Source: an uncultured Candidatus Saccharibacteria bacterium (GTDB lineage: Bacteria; Patescibacteriota; Minisyncoccia; Phycocordibacterales; JACOZG01). Taken from it: DNA of 64,000 nt. The stretch is taken from NCBI GenBank assembly GCA_965230925.1, contig OZ246403.1, forward strand, positions 138,455 to 202,454, read 5' to 3'. The position numbers and the translations under genes were made by a program. The notes beneath the pieces are model-generated. The model saw only the letters and a list, made by a program, of their open reading frames with translations, was not told the origin of the DNA and did no database searches. This document shows, piece by piece, positions 35,918-45,860 of this stretch (positions within the stretch are counted from its first letter, which is position 1; each line of letters opens with the position of its first letter).

Positions 35918-37018
35918 TTATGAGAGTCTCTCCCAAGCCATTTGGGCGGCGAGGTCAGAGAGGGGAAGGCCGGTTTTGGCGTGGCGGGCGAGGGCGGCGG
36001 AGACACTTTTGCCGATTTTTTCTTTCACCAATTTAAACATTTTGTCGGCGCTGTAGCCCTTGTGTTCGGCGAAGGAAGAAATCACGCCGCCAGCATTAGC
36101 GAGTACGCCAGGGACAATGAGCACACCGCGGTCGTGGAGCTTCTTCTCGGCTTCGGTGGTCATCGAGATATTGGCGCCTTCCACAATAATCTTTGCCTTC
36201 ACGGCATTCATGTTTTTCTCATTAATCACGTCGGGAAGCGCGGCGGGAATGAGCACATCGACGGGCAACTCAAAAATATCTTTGCCTGCCCTGAGCGAAG
36301 TCGAAGGGCCGTTTCGATAATTTGTCACCGAACCCGTTTTCTTTTTAGTCTTCATTAATTCAGCATAATTCAAGCCGTCGGCCGAATAAATCGTGCCCTT
36401 TGAGTCAGAAACAGCCACCACTTTTGCACCAAGCTCGGTGAGAAATTGCATCGCAAATGTCCCCACATTGCCAAAACCTTCGATCGCTACCGTCGCACCC
36501 TTAATATCAATTTTCTTAAATTTTAGCGCTAACTTCACGGCCTCCACCACGCCGTAGCCGGTCGAGCCGAGTTCGTGAGGCAGACCTTTGAGACGCTTCG
36601 GCTTACCCGTCGCGGCCTTGCGATCCTTAGCGGCGGCCACAAACCAAGCCATTTCTTCTTCGCCCATGTTTACGTCCGGGCCAGCAATATAAAATTTTGG
36701 TAAGAGCGGCTTAAGTTCCTTAGCGAACCATTCCACCAGCTTCTTCTTCGCTGCCTTATTAGCTGATCGAGGGTCGAAGGCAATACCAGACTTGGCACCA
36801 CCGAAAGCGATACCGGCGAGCGCATTTTTGAGCGTCATAGCCCGCGCCAAGCGACTCACTTCTTCTTCACTCACCGTCGGTGTCATCCGAATCCCTCCTT
36901 TACCCGGCCCGAGCTTGGTGTTATCGATCACCAGAAAGCCCCAAGCATCAAATTCTTTATTATAAACTTTCACCACATACCGCGGTCCGATCTTATCCCC
37001 TAGAATTTTATTTTCCAT
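35918..37018 (-). CDS. gdhA: Glu/Leu/Phe/Val dehydrogenase
   Basis: GPGKGGIR, FGGAKSG, GPDVN, TGYGV, EGFGNVG, EGAN, NAGGV. Confidence 0.9.
   Translation of the reverse strand: MENKILGDKIGPRYVVKVYNKEFDAWGFLVIDNTKLGPGKGGIRMTPTVSEEEVSRLARAMTLKNALAGIAFGGAKSGIAFDPRSANKAAKKKLVEWFAKELKPLLPKFYIAGPDVNMGEEEMAWFVAAAKDRKAATGKPKRLKGLPHELGSTGYGVVEAVKLALKFKKIDIKGATVAIEGFGNVGTFAMQFLTELGAKVVAVSDSKGTIYSADGLNYAELMKTKKKTGSVTNYRNGPSTSLRAGKDIFELPVDVLIPAALPDVINEKNMNAVKAKIIVEGANISMTTEAEKKLHDRGVLIVPGVLANAGGVISSFAEHKGYSADKMFKLVKEKIGKSVSAALARHAKTGLPLSDLAAQMAWERLS
36285..36308. repeat. 24-nt REP-like element in frame in gdhA
   Basis: minus strand cccttcgacttcgctcagggcagg, encodes PSTSLRAG. Confidence 0.7.
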
Positions 37019-37092
37019 CGCCGGATTGTAGCAAAAAGGCTCGACCAAAGTCGAGCCTTAAAAATCCACCTTTTGTTGCCAAACATTAACCC

Positions 37093-37302
37093 TCACTTCA
37101 CGAAACCCAAATGGAACCCTATTGGTGGAATCAACGCCACCAAAGCGCAAGCGCTCCAGCAACTTGAAGAACCAAAGGATCGTCCGTCCGTGGCCCAAGC
37201 AAGCAAAGGGGTAATTATCCCGAGGGTAACGAGGAACAACATGGCGTAAACCGCAACGCGACAACCGTTCCACTCTCCCTCTTTCTTTTTCTTTTTTCCC
37301 AC
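37093..37302 (-). CDS. Small two-TM orphan with poly-Lys N-terminus
   Basis: Promoter TTGACG-N16-TAATCT (37375-37348), SD GGGAGG 7 nt before GTG, terminator 37036-37059. Confidence 0.65.
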   Translation of the reverse strand: MGKKKKKEGEWNGCRVAVYAMLFLVTLGIITPLLAWATDGRSFGSSSCWSACALVALIPPIGFHLGFVK

Positions 37303-37413
37303 AGCCAAGCCTCCCAAAAGAAGAACTGATTTACCGATACTACCCGAAGATTACCACTCTAATGTTAAACGTCAAGTAGCCAAAAACGGCTTAATGGTGT
37401 AGGATTCTGGGTT

Positions 37414-37734
37414 ATGAAAATGGCGGTAATTAAGACGGGTGGGAAGCAATATCTCGTCAAGGAAGGCGACATGGTCAAGATCGAGAAAATCGACGCGTCA
37501 GCGCGAGAAGGGAATGCCACCACCTTTCCCGAGGTTTTGCTCGTCTCTGATGAGGGTACGGTAAAAGTGGGCAACCCCACTGTCGCTGGCGCATCGGTAA
37601 CCGCCGAGATCGTCAAAGATGATCGTCACGACAAGATCACCGTCATCCACTACAAGGCCAAGGTTCGCCATCGCAAAAAAGCCGGCCACCGCCAACCCTA
37701 CACCGAGGTTAAAATCACAGGGATTAAGGGTTAA
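37414..37734 (+). CDS. rplU: 50S ribosomal protein L21
   Basis: AVIKTGGKQY.V..GD, GHRQPYT. Confidence 0.97.
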   Translation: MKMAVIKTGGKQYLVKEGDMVKIEKIDASAREGNATTFPEVLLVSDEGTVKVGNPTVAGASVTAEIVKDDRHDKITVIHYKAKVRHRKKAGHRQPYTEVKITGIKG

Positions 37735-38064
37735 TTAACGCATCTCGAGCTTCTTCTCAATTTTCACTACACGTTCTTGAAGCTCGATTAAATCTACTTC
37801 AGAAAAAAGCTGGCGCAGGGTTTTGAGGCTGCTTTCCACATGGTCCATTCTTTCTTCCAAGGTACCCAATCTCGCATTAGTTATCTTTTGCTCCTGAACC
37901 AGCTTCTCCGTCGTATTTTCTAAAGAATCAAGTCGATTAACCACCCTGCCCATAGTCTGGTTCATCTCGTTCACCACTCGGATCTCGTCTCGAAACTCCT
38001 CAATCACGGCCATCAGGTGGTCGGGGTTTTTGGAATCAAGTTTCTTAGTTATTTTGGGCACCAT
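37735..38064 (-). CDS. Coiled-coil hypothetical protein
   Basis: Heptad-rich 109-aa ORF, RV.KIEKKL end. Confidence 0.65.
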   Translation of the reverse strand: MVPKITKKLDSKNPDHLMAVIEEFRDEIRVVNEMNQTMGRVVNRLDSLENTTEKLVQEQKITNARLGTLEERMDHVESSLKTLRQLFSEVDLIELQERVVKIEKKLEMR

Positions 38065-38104
38065 ATTTACCTATAATCATATCAAGCACCCCTTGGTGGT
38101 CAAA

Positions 38105-38127
38105 TGTTGGACATTCAATGTTCAACA
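38105..38127. repeat. Second copy of TGTT..ACA palindromic repeat
   Basis: tgttggacattcaatgttcaaca. Confidence 0.75.
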
Positions 38128-38191
38128 AAGGATAAAGGCCCGACTACGCATCCGTGCGCGTCGGGCCTTTCTCGTTTTGGTAAAACCAAGT

Positions 38192-38482
38192 TCATTCATC
38201 CTTGGCGATGGTAATGTGGACCCCACGAAGAGAAATCTGGGCGCCAACCTCAATTACTCCCGATCGTTCCAGAGCCTCTCTGACTTCAGGAGGCAAAGAA
38301 ATTACCGGAACTCCCAAAGCAGGATCTATTCGTTCGGCCGCTTTCTGTTCCGGTCCGGGACGGTGGGCATTGGTATCACCAAACCTCTTTGCTGCCCTTT
38401 CATACATGTCACGTTGCTGTGGGGTAACTGATGGAACTTTCGGCCCACCACCATCATCGTCATCCTTTACCAGTCTGAGCAT
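38192..38482 (-). CDS. Orphan protein (96 aa)
   Basis: Promoter TTGACA-N18-TAAAGT (38586-38557), GGAG before ATG 38482, terminator 38134-38170. Confidence 0.6.
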   Translation of the reverse strand: MLRLVKDDDDGGGPKVPSVTPQQRDMYERAAKRFGDTNAHRPGPEQKAAERIDPALGVPVISLPPEVREALERSGVIEVGAQISLRGVHITIAKDE

Positions 38483-38582
38483 ATGCAAACTCCGTAACTC
38501 AAAATTTCCCAGTTCACACTCTTGGAAACTTCGAGTTTGGGTAACTCTCCAAGTTAACTTTATCTGAAAATAAACCATCTTG

Positions 38583-39182
38583 TCAACCCCTATTCTTCAG
38601 CGCACTCTTGAGCGTATCAGTGTCAGAATATTCGAGTTCGGTGCCGGTGGAAAGACCTCGGCCGAGGGTGGAAATTTTGAGGGTGGGAGAGGCAAGGACT
38701 TTTTTGAGATATTCTACGGTGTAATCGCCTTCGGTGGTGGCGCTAAGGGCGAGAATTAGTTCTTTTGTTTCACCTTTCGCCAACCGCGCTTTCAGTTCTT
38801 TGACCCGAACTTTCTCTTCGGGATTTTTCTCAAGAATTGGAATATTACCACCGAGAACAAAGAAGTGACCGTCGTAAATCCCGGCCTTGCGCACGGCTTC
38901 GAGATCAATATCTTTCTCCACAACCATCAAGAGTTCCCTATTTCTGTTTAAATCAGTGCAAATCAAGCAGGCACCTGCCCCGACAGTAGTGGAGGGGAAA
39001 AAGCGTCCACAATCCACACAGCGATTAATTTTATCTTTGAGCGCTAAGAGTTCGCTCGAGAGGCGAGTGATATAGCCTTCGCCCTCACCGAGCAAAAAGT
39101 AAACGAAGCGTCGCGCCTGCCGCGGACCAATACCCGGGAATTGCCTAAAGCTCTCAACAAGGCGATCAATGAGTTGATTCAC
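38583..39182 (-). CDS. recR: Recombination mediator RecR
   Basis: PGIGPRQA.R, CxxC..CxxC, Toprim ELILA...T.EG, GTELEY.D. Confidence 0.95.
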   Translation of the reverse strand: MNQLIDRLVESFRQFPGIGPRQARRFVYFLLGEGEGYITRLSSELLALKDKINRCVDCGRFFPSTTVGAGACLICTDLNRNRELLMVVEKDIDLEAVRKAGIYDGHFFVLGGNIPILEKNPEEKVRVKELKARLAKGETKELILALSATTEGDYTVEYLKKVLASPTLKISTLGRGLSTGTELEYSDTDTLKSALKNRG

Positions 39183-39202
39183 CCTAACAATCTACCAAAC
39201 TT

Positions 39203-40582
39203 TTAGAATCCGCCAAAGTCTTGCTTCTCGAGATTAGTGAAGGAAACACGCTTGTCGTCGAAGTAGAGTTCCACCTTGCCGGTCGGGCCATTGCGATGCT
39301 TCTCAATTAAAATTTCGGCAATATTTTTCCGCTCACTTTCCTCATTGTTTCTGTCTTCGCGATGAATGAACATCACCACGTCGGCGTCTTGTTCAATAGA
39401 ACCAGAGTCGCGCAAGTCCGAGAGGCGAGGCCGGCCGCCACGTTGCTCCACCGAGCGATTAAGCTGGGAGAGAGCGAGCACCGGCACTTCAAGCTCGCGC
39501 GCCAATCCCTTTAAGGACCGCGAAATTTCGGTGACTTGTTGCACCAGCGAATCAGAATCCTTGCGCGGCACCATGAGCTGGAGATAGTCCACGATGATTA
39601 GGCCCAAACCATTTTCAGCTTTGAGCCGCCGTGCCACCGACTTCATCTTGAGAATATTGTTGGAAGAATCGTCGTCGATATAAAGCGGTGCCTTGGAGAG
39701 CGAGTCGAGGGTGTCGCGAATGCGAGCGAATTCTTCATCCGCCGTGAGCCGCCCGGTGCGCAGCTTCCACGAGTCCACCTTACTCTCCGCGGCAATCAGG
39801 CGATCGACGAGCTGTTGCGAGCTCATTTCGAGCGAGAAGATGCCAACCGGAATATTCTCGCGGCACGCCACGTGGCGGGCAATATCAAGCGCGAGCGAAG
39901 TCTTACCCACCGATGGCCGCGCGGCCAAGATCACCAGGTCGGACTTCTGCAAACCCGAGAGATGATTATCGAGATCTTTAAAGCCCGTCGGCACACCGCG
40001 CAAACCTTCTTTACTTTTATGCAAATTCTCGAAGCGCTCCCAGGCCTCCACTAAGCCATCTTTCAAGCTAATAAAACTTTTCTTCGAGAAATCAACAAGA
40101 TTAAAAATCGCTTTCTCCGCGCGGTCGAAGATCGAATCAATTTCTTCATTTTCCTCATAGCCGAGTCCGGAGATGTGATCTGCCGCGGCGATGAGATTAC
40201 GCAAGGCCGACTTCTTCCGCACCAGCTCGGCATAATATTTAAGATTCGCGGCCGAGGGCACCACACTGGTGAGTTCCGCGAGATAAGAAGAACCGCCAGC
40301 GCGCTCGAGCGATTTCTTATTCTTGAGTTCTGCCGTCACGGAGACGAGGTCGATCGGGTTGCTATCGGTCGCGAGGCGCAGCATAGCCTCGTAAATGAGC
40401 TTGTGGCGATCAGAATAGAAGTCCGCGGCCTTAATAATATCGAGCACATCTTGCATCGCGGCCGGGCGGATAAGAATAGAGCCCAAGAGCGCCTTCTCGG
40501 CGTCGAGATCTTGAGGCGGCAAGCGCACCGCCGTCGTCAAAAATGGGGCATCTTTTACAAGCATCACCCCGGATTTTACCAT
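39203..40582 (-). CDS. dnaB: Replicative DNA helicase (start uncertain: 40582 or 40564)
   Basis: PPQD..AE..LLG, AARPSVGKT, FSLEMS, DYLQL, DLRDSGSIEQDAD. Confidence 0.97.
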   Translation of the reverse strand: MVKSGVMLVKDAPFLTTAVRLPPQDLDAEKALLGSILIRPAAMQDVLDIIKAADFYSDRHKLIYEAMLRLATDSNPIDLVSVTAELKNKKSLERAGGSSYLAELTSVVPSAANLKYYAELVRKKSALRNLIAAADHISGLGYEENEEIDSIFDRAEKAIFNLVDFSKKSFISLKDGLVEAWERFENLHKSKEGLRGVPTGFKDLDNHLSGLQKSDLVILAARPSVGKTSLALDIARHVACRENIPVGIFSLEMSSQQLVDRLIAAESKVDSWKLRTGRLTADEEFARIRDTLDSLSKAPLYIDDDSSNNILKMKSVARRLKAENGLGLIIVDYLQLMVPRKDSDSLVQQVTEISRSLKGLARELEVPVLALSQLNRSVEQRGGRPRLSDLRDSGSIEQDADVVMFIHREDRNNEESERKNIAEILIEKHRNGPTGKVELYFDDKRVSFTNLEKQDFGGF

Positions 40583-40694
40583 GATGGTGGTAAAACCGTT
40601 CAAGCCCCAACAGGGGATTAAAAGTGGATAAAGAAAACACCCCGCAACTAATTCATAGTTACGGGGCATTGAAATTACGAAGGGCAAGAACTAG

Positions 40695-40976
40695 CTACTT
40701 CCGTTCCTCTTTCACCCATTTCATGTCGCCTGTAAAATTGCGAAGGTCTTCATCGTCGTCTGACAAGAAGTGGGGTTTGAGCCATACGGCAAACTTCCCT
40801 TTGGAGTCTTCTGGCACTTCTGTCCAAAAGACACTAAGCACTTCGCAGGCACAGTGAGACTCATTGACAATTAAATTCATTTTCATTCCCACGGCAGGAA
40901 TGAAGTTTATTTCAACACCATGACGAGCGAAGACACCCCTAGTACCCAGATACACAACAAACTTAAAGGTATACAC
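40695..40976 (-). CDS. Orphan small beta-rich protein
   Basis: Promoter TTGACA-N18-TAGGAT (41088-41059), SD AAAGGGAGG, hairpin 40640-40666. Confidence 0.65.
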   Translation of the reverse strand: MYTFKFVVYLGTRGVFARHGVEINFIPAVGMKMNLIVNESHCACEVLSVFWTEVPEDSKGKFAVWLKPHFLSDDDEDLRNFTGDMKWVKEERK

Positions 40977-41090
40977 GACTTCCTCCCTTTCTGGTTGTTA
41001 AGGAATTTTGAATTTCGAAAGCTGATTACATTAATAACCAGCAGGACTTTCTGCCGATATCCTAGCACACACTAGGTATATTTGTCAAGT

Positions 41091-42398
41091 TTAGCTTTTC
41101 CTCACCCTCGGACCATCAGATTTATCCTCAACCGTGTAGCCAAGCTTAGAAATTTCAGCTCTTAGTTCGTCGGCTTTGGTCCAATCATTGTTTTGGCGGG
41201 CAAGTTCGCGGTCAGCGACGAGTTTTTGGACATTTTCGGGGATTGGGGCAGCGTGGGTCGAGGCGGCGAGATTGAGACCGAAGACTTGGTCCCATTTGAG
41301 AAGCGTGGCGAGCTTGTCGGCCGGAGCAATGTTCTCGTCTTTAATTAATTCCCATACGAGAGCCAACGTTTGCGGCAGATTGAGATCATCTTCAAGGCAA
41401 GAAACAAATTTCTGATTCCAATCGGGTGAAACGAGGTCTTCTCTGGAGTCACCCTTACTGTCAACTAAATCGGAAACCGTGTTCAATAATTTCTGATACG
41501 CCGTTTGCGCGCCTTCTAGCGCTTCCCAGGTAAAGTTCGCAATTTTGCGATAATGCGTGCTCAAGAGGAAGTAGCGGTAAGCGAGGGGGCTAAACCCTTT
41601 TTCTTTAAGATCAGTCAGAGTGAAGATATTCCCGAGCGACTTACTCATCTTCTCTTCGGCAATGTTGAGGAAACCGCCGTGGAGCCAGAATTTGGCCAAG
41701 GTTTTCCCGCTCGCGCCTTCCGACTGCGCGATCTCGTTGGTATGATGAGGGAAAATGAGGTCACTGCCACCCACGTGGATATCAATGGTCTCGCCGAGCG
41801 TCTCTTTAATCATCGCCGAGCATTCTAAGTGCCAACCCGGCCGCCCTTTACCCCAAGGCGAATCCCAACTTACGTCGCCATCTTCGGCTTTATGTAATTT
41901 CCAAAGGGCAAAATCGCCCTCGGGATCAAAGTTGCCTGCCAACTTCCCATAATCCTCGCTCTTATTAATGGCAAAATAAACGCCATCTTCGGCTTGATAT
42001 GCCAAGCCTTTCGTCATTAAGGTCTCGATCAGTTTAATCATCGCCGGCACAAATTCGGTAGCATGAGGCAAGGCGTCGGGCTCAAGTAAATTTAATTCTC
42101 CGCGCTCGGCGAGATACACCTCTTCGTATTTTTTCGTGAACTCGGCGAGAGAAATCCCGGCTTCGTGTGCACCTTTTATTGTCTTATCATCTACGTCGGT
42201 AATATTAGTCACAAACTTTACGGTATAACCCAAGTAGGTGAGCGCGCGGCGCAACCAGTCATTAAAAATAAAGCTGCGCCAATTGCCGAGGTGTACCGGC
42301 GCATACACCGTTGGCCCGCACGCATAAATCTTCACCGCGCCATCGGCCGTGAATTCTTGCTCGGAGCGCGTTAAGGTGTTGTAAAGCTTTAGAGCCAC
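41091..42398 (-). CDS. cysS: Cysteinyl-tRNA synthetase
   Basis: CGPTVY...HLGN, GRPGWHLECSAM, KMSKSLGN. Confidence 0.97.
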   Translation of the reverse strand: MALKLYNTLTRSEQEFTADGAVKIYACGPTVYAPVHLGNWRSFIFNDWLRRALTYLGYTVKFVTNITDVDDKTIKGAHEAGISLAEFTKKYEEVYLAERGELNLLEPDALPHATEFVPAMIKLIETLMTKGLAYQAEDGVYFAINKSEDYGKLAGNFDPEGDFALWKLHKAEDGDVSWDSPWGKGRPGWHLECSAMIKETLGETIDIHVGGSDLIFPHHTNEIAQSEGASGKTLAKFWLHGGFLNIAEEKMSKSLGNIFTLTDLKEKGFSPLAYRYFLLSTHYRKIANFTWEALEGAQTAYQKLLNTVSDLVDSKGDSREDLVSPDWNQKFVSCLEDDLNLPQTLALVWELIKDENIAPADKLATLLKWDQVFGLNLAASTHAAPIPENVQKLVADRELARQNNDWTKADELRAEISKLGYTVEDKSDGPRVRKS

Positions 42399-43324
42399 TT
42401 CTTATTCTTAGCAATTTGCCACATCACGGCGAGCACCGCAATCATGATAATAACGACAATATAAAAATCATATGGTCCGCCCACGAAGGGGAGGTGAGTA
42501 TTCATCCCGAAAATCTGACCAATCAAAGTGAGCGGGAAGAAGATGAAGGCCACCACCGTGAGCGTCTTCACCGTCTCATTGGTCTTAATGGAAAGCAAGG
42601 ATTCATTGGTCTCGCGCAAGTCTTGGAAGGTCTCGCGATTACTCTCGATCATCTGCCAAATTTTCTCATATTGCCCATTAATTGAACGCAAATAATAGCG
42701 GAATTTGTCGCCAAAGAAATCCTCGCCCGCGAGCTCCAAGGATCCCAACACCTCGCGATGCGATTTAAGCGCCCAACGGCAATCAAGGAGATCACGATTG
42801 ATCTCGGAAAGCACTTTGACCATGGGCTTTTCCTCGCCGGCAAAAATTCTACCCTCCGCACGTTTGAGGCGGTCATTAATGAAGTCGAGGCCCGTTTCGA
42901 GCGAGCGATACAATTCTTTGAGAATGCGAAAGAACATCATGCCGGCATGGACTTTACCATTCTTCGTTTTCTCCCAAGTACTATCGAGTTCAAAAATTTT
43001 TGAGAGTTCGTGGAGCGAATCCACTGTTTCGTAATGCGTGGTAATAAGAAAGTCTTTGCCGATCACAAAATCAACCTCCTGACTCACCGGGTCGCTGCCC
43101 TCGGGCACATTTGGACCTAAGCAAACCTTGCAGGGCGGGAAGTGAAGTATGAGATACAAATAATCGTTATACACATCCACCTTGGAGCGAGCGGAAGGAG
43201 AGAGGAGTTCGCTCGCCACGAGGGAATGGAGATTAAAATCGCGGGCCAGTGCCTCCACTTCCTCCTTGGTTGGCGCCTCGAGATCGATCCAGGTAATGTC
43301 GTGATACTTGAATTTCCGAAGCAT
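42389..43324 (-). CDS. corA: CorA-family Mg2+ transporter
   Basis: WIDLE.PT, N...KTLT, FGMN, two C-terminal TM helices. Confidence 0.92.
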   Translation of the reverse strand: MLRKFKYHDITWIDLEAPTKEEVEALARDFNLHSLVASELLSPSARSKVDVYNDYLYLILHFPPCKVCLGPNVPEGSDPVSQEVDFVIGKDFLITTHYETVDSLHELSKIFELDSTWEKTKNGKVHAGMMFFRILKELYRSLETGLDFINDRLKRAEGRIFAGEEKPMVKVLSEINRDLLDCRWALKSHREVLGSLELAGEDFFGDKFRYYLRSINGQYEKIWQMIESNRETFQDLRETNESLLSIKTNETVKTLTVVAFIFFPLTLIGQIFGMNTHLPFVGGPYDFYIVVIIMIAVLAVMWQIAKNKKWL

Positions 43325-43385
43325 GTCTGATTATAAACTGCTCTCCGATTGACCGCAATTGGCGGCTCTGCGATAATGCAGCGCA

Positions 43386-44648
43386 ATGTTGATAAAAGGA
43401 TTTCTAAAAGTTGTTGGGTATCTCTTCGGCGTCATCGTCATCATCGGCGGCACCTTGCTCGTCGGCATTTATCTCGGCTATGAGAACCGTCCTGCTATTG
43501 CCAAAGTCACCAATGTTATCGGCAAGGAGCAACCCGCTGATCTGGAACAAGTAGATTTTTCTCCCTTCTGGAAAGCGTGGGAAATCATCAATAATAAATA
43601 CGTAACGGTGGCCACTTCTACCGCCACCACCACGAGCCCGAAAGTTGTAACTGATGAAGAAAAGGTCTATGGCGCCATCGCCGGTCTCGTGGATTCGCTT
43701 GGCGATCCGTATTCTGTTTTTCTCCCACCAGTAGAGAATAAAATCTTCGAGGACGATATCTCTGGCAACTTTGGCGGTATTGGGGTTGAAATTGATTTGC
43801 GCGAGGGTGTCCCGACTGTGGTCTCACCCCTGGAGGGGAGTCCGGCCAAGAAGGCGGGAATGCTCCCTGGCGATCGAGTCATTATGGTAGACGATCACTC
43901 GGTGGTGAAAATTCCGCTCAACGAGGCAATTCGTTATATCCGCGGAGAAGTTGGGACTAAGGTCACGCTAACGGTCCGGCGCGAGGGAGTACGCGAGTCG
44001 CTTAAGTTTACCTTGACACGAGACAATATTCAGGTTCCAACGATTAAAACGCTCAAGCGCGAGAAAGAAAAAACTTTTGTTATCCAACTTTATAACTTTG
44101 GCGCAACTTCGTCCCAACTCTTCCGCACCGCGCTCAAAGAATTTGCCGGAACGGGTTGGAACCGTCTCGTTCTCGATCTGCGAGGTAATCCCGGTGGCTA
44201 TTTGGAAGCATCTGTAGACATGGCTAGCTGGTTCTTACCAGCCGGAGAAATTGTAGTCACAGAAGATCATGGTCCAAATGGAGTTCACAAAGAATACAAA
44301 AGCCGCGGCCACAGTGGTTTAAAAGATAAATTAAAACTCGTCGTTCTGGTAGACGGCGGTAGCGCCTCAGCCTCAGAAATTCTGGCTGGCGCAATTGTCG
44401 AGAACGGTCGAGGGACCTTAGTGGGGCAAAAAACGTTTGGCAAAGGCTCGGTTCAAGAATTAATTCCAGTTACCAAAGACACTTCTATTAAGATAACTAT
44501 CGCGCGCTGGCTCACTCCGCTCGGCCACTCACTCTCAGAAAATGGCTTAGTACCGGAAGTGGTGGTAGAACCAAACAAAGAGGACAAAGAAAAAGGCATT
44601 GACACTCAACTCGAGAAGGCAATTGAAGTTTTGTCTAAAATGAAGTAA
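43386..44648 (+). CDS. ctpA: S41 carboxy-terminal protease with PDZ
   Basis: DPYS, GIGV, LDLRGNPGG, SASASEI, TFGKGSVQ. Confidence 0.93.
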   Translation: MLIKGFLKVVGYLFGVIVIIGGTLLVGIYLGYENRPAIAKVTNVIGKEQPADLEQVDFSPFWKAWEIINNKYVTVATSTATTTSPKVVTDEEKVYGAIAGLVDSLGDPYSVFLPPVENKIFEDDISGNFGGIGVEIDLREGVPTVVSPLEGSPAKKAGMLPGDRVIMVDDHSVVKIPLNEAIRYIRGEVGTKVTLTVRREGVRESLKFTLTRDNIQVPTIKTLKREKEKTFVIQLYNFGATSSQLFRTALKEFAGTGWNRLVLDLRGNPGGYLEASVDMASWFLPAGEIVVTEDHGPNGVHKEYKSRGHSGLKDKLKLVVLVDGGSASASEILAGAIVENGRGTLVGQKTFGKGSVQELIPVTKDTSIKITIARWLTPLGHSLSENGLVPEVVVEPNKEDKEKGIDTQLEKAIEVLSKMK

Positions 44649-44657
44649 AAATAAGGT

Positions 44658-45092
44658 ATGGAAGTAATCCTTTTACAAGATGTGGCCAAAGTAGGCCGTC
44701 GCAATGAGCTTAAAGAGGTAAAAGAAGGCTTCGCCCGTAACTTCTTGTTTAAGAAAGGTCTTGCAGTAGCCGCCACCGCGGCCACCAAAGAGGCCTTGGC
44801 TACTCGGATTAAACTAAACGCGGCCGAAGACGCAAAGAATCAAGAGCTAAAACAACTCGCCATGAAGAAACTAGCGGGGATTGTGGTAACCATAGGCGGT
44901 AAAGCGAGCGACAAAGGACACTTATTTGAAGGGATTAAAAAAGAAGAAATTCTCTCAACCCTAGAGCGCGACCATCGACTAATCTTAGAAGCCGCCGACC
45001 TCCTTCTAGATAAACCATTAAAGGCCGTAGGAGAAACAAAAATCCCCATCCAAGGGGGCGGGGAATTGAAGGTGAACGTGGTAGGGAAATAA
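44658..45092 (+). CDS. rplI: 50S ribosomal protein L9
   Basis: MEVILLQDV..VG......VK.GFARNFL. Confidence 0.95.
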   Translation: MEVILLQDVAKVGRRNELKEVKEGFARNFLFKKGLAVAATAATKEALATRIKLNAAEDAKNQELKQLAMKKLAGIVVTIGGKASDKGHLFEGIKKEEILSTLERDHRLILEAADLLLDKPLKAVGETKIPIQGGGELKVNVVGK

Positions 45093-45096
45093 AAAC

Positions 45097-45369
45097 TTAG
45101 GCAACACTCACTGTTTTCAAGGTCTTGGTGCGGCCGTTGAAATTAGTTTTGCGACGTGAGCCAAATTTGACCGTACCGTCTTTGAGGGCAAATATGGTGT
45201 GGTCTTTACCAAGACCAACATTGGTACCGGGCAAGATCACGGTACCGCGCTGGCGGACAATAATATTGCCAGCAACAACCTTCTCGCCAGCAAACTTCTT
45301 AACCCCGAGGAACTTCGGGTTTGAGTCTCTTAAATTTCGCGCTGTTCCGCCTGCTTTCCGATGTGCCAT
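45097..45369 (-). CDS. rpmA: 50S ribosomal protein L27
   Basis: MAHRKAGG...[20 protein letters not shown]. Confidence 0.97.
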   Translation of the reverse strand: MAHRKAGGTARNLRDSNPKFLGVKKFAGEKVVAGNIIVRQRGTVILPGTNVGLGKDHTIFALKDGTVKFGSRRKTNFNGRTKTLKTVSVA

Positions 45370-45389
45370 AATTGGTTATAATTTACCCG

Positions 45390-45776
45390 ATGAGTCTAGC
45401 AAACTGGCAAGAAAAGTTCAAGTCTCAGTCGCTAACTGTCGCGGTGAGCCTCATTACAATCCTCGGCTTTACCTTTGGCTTCGGCCTAGGCCGACTTTCT
45501 AAAATTGAAGAGGGGAGATCCCCGATTAAAATTGAGCAAGCCACCGCAACTGACACCTCTAGCCATCAAATTTCAGCCACAGGGTCCAAGCCCTTAGAAC
45601 TTAGTAAAACGACTGGGGGCAAACTGGTGGCTTCAAGGAATGGCAAAAAATATTATCTGCCGTGGTGCGGTGGAGTAGACCGAATCAAACCAGAAAACTT
45701 AATTAGCTTCGCTTCCGCCGCTGAGGCGCGGGCGAGGGGATATACACCAGCAGCTAATTGTCCTGGTCTCGAGTAG
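45390..45776 (+). CDS. Membrane-anchored protein with Ada-like metal-binding domain
   Basis: TM then VAS.NG.KYY.PWC....I..EN...F.S..EA...GY.PA..C. Confidence 0.8.
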   Translation: MSLANWQEKFKSQSLTVAVSLITILGFTFGFGLGRLSKIEEGRSPIKIEQATATDTSSHQISATGSKPLELSKTTGGKLVASRNGKKYYLPWCGGVDRIKPENLISFASAAEARARGYTPAANCPGLE

Positions 45777-45860
45777 TTTAAGTTTACGGAAGGGGAAAGA
45801 TTAATATAACGTCGCACAATAATACTTTTGCGACGTTACCCTGGGGCTTTTTAAGAGGGC

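Noticed and set aside
41423-41453. gggtga...tcaccc inverted repeat within cysS as another in-frame element
   Set aside because: Only 6-bp arms and no second copy in the window; cannot be separated from chance without ortholog alignment.
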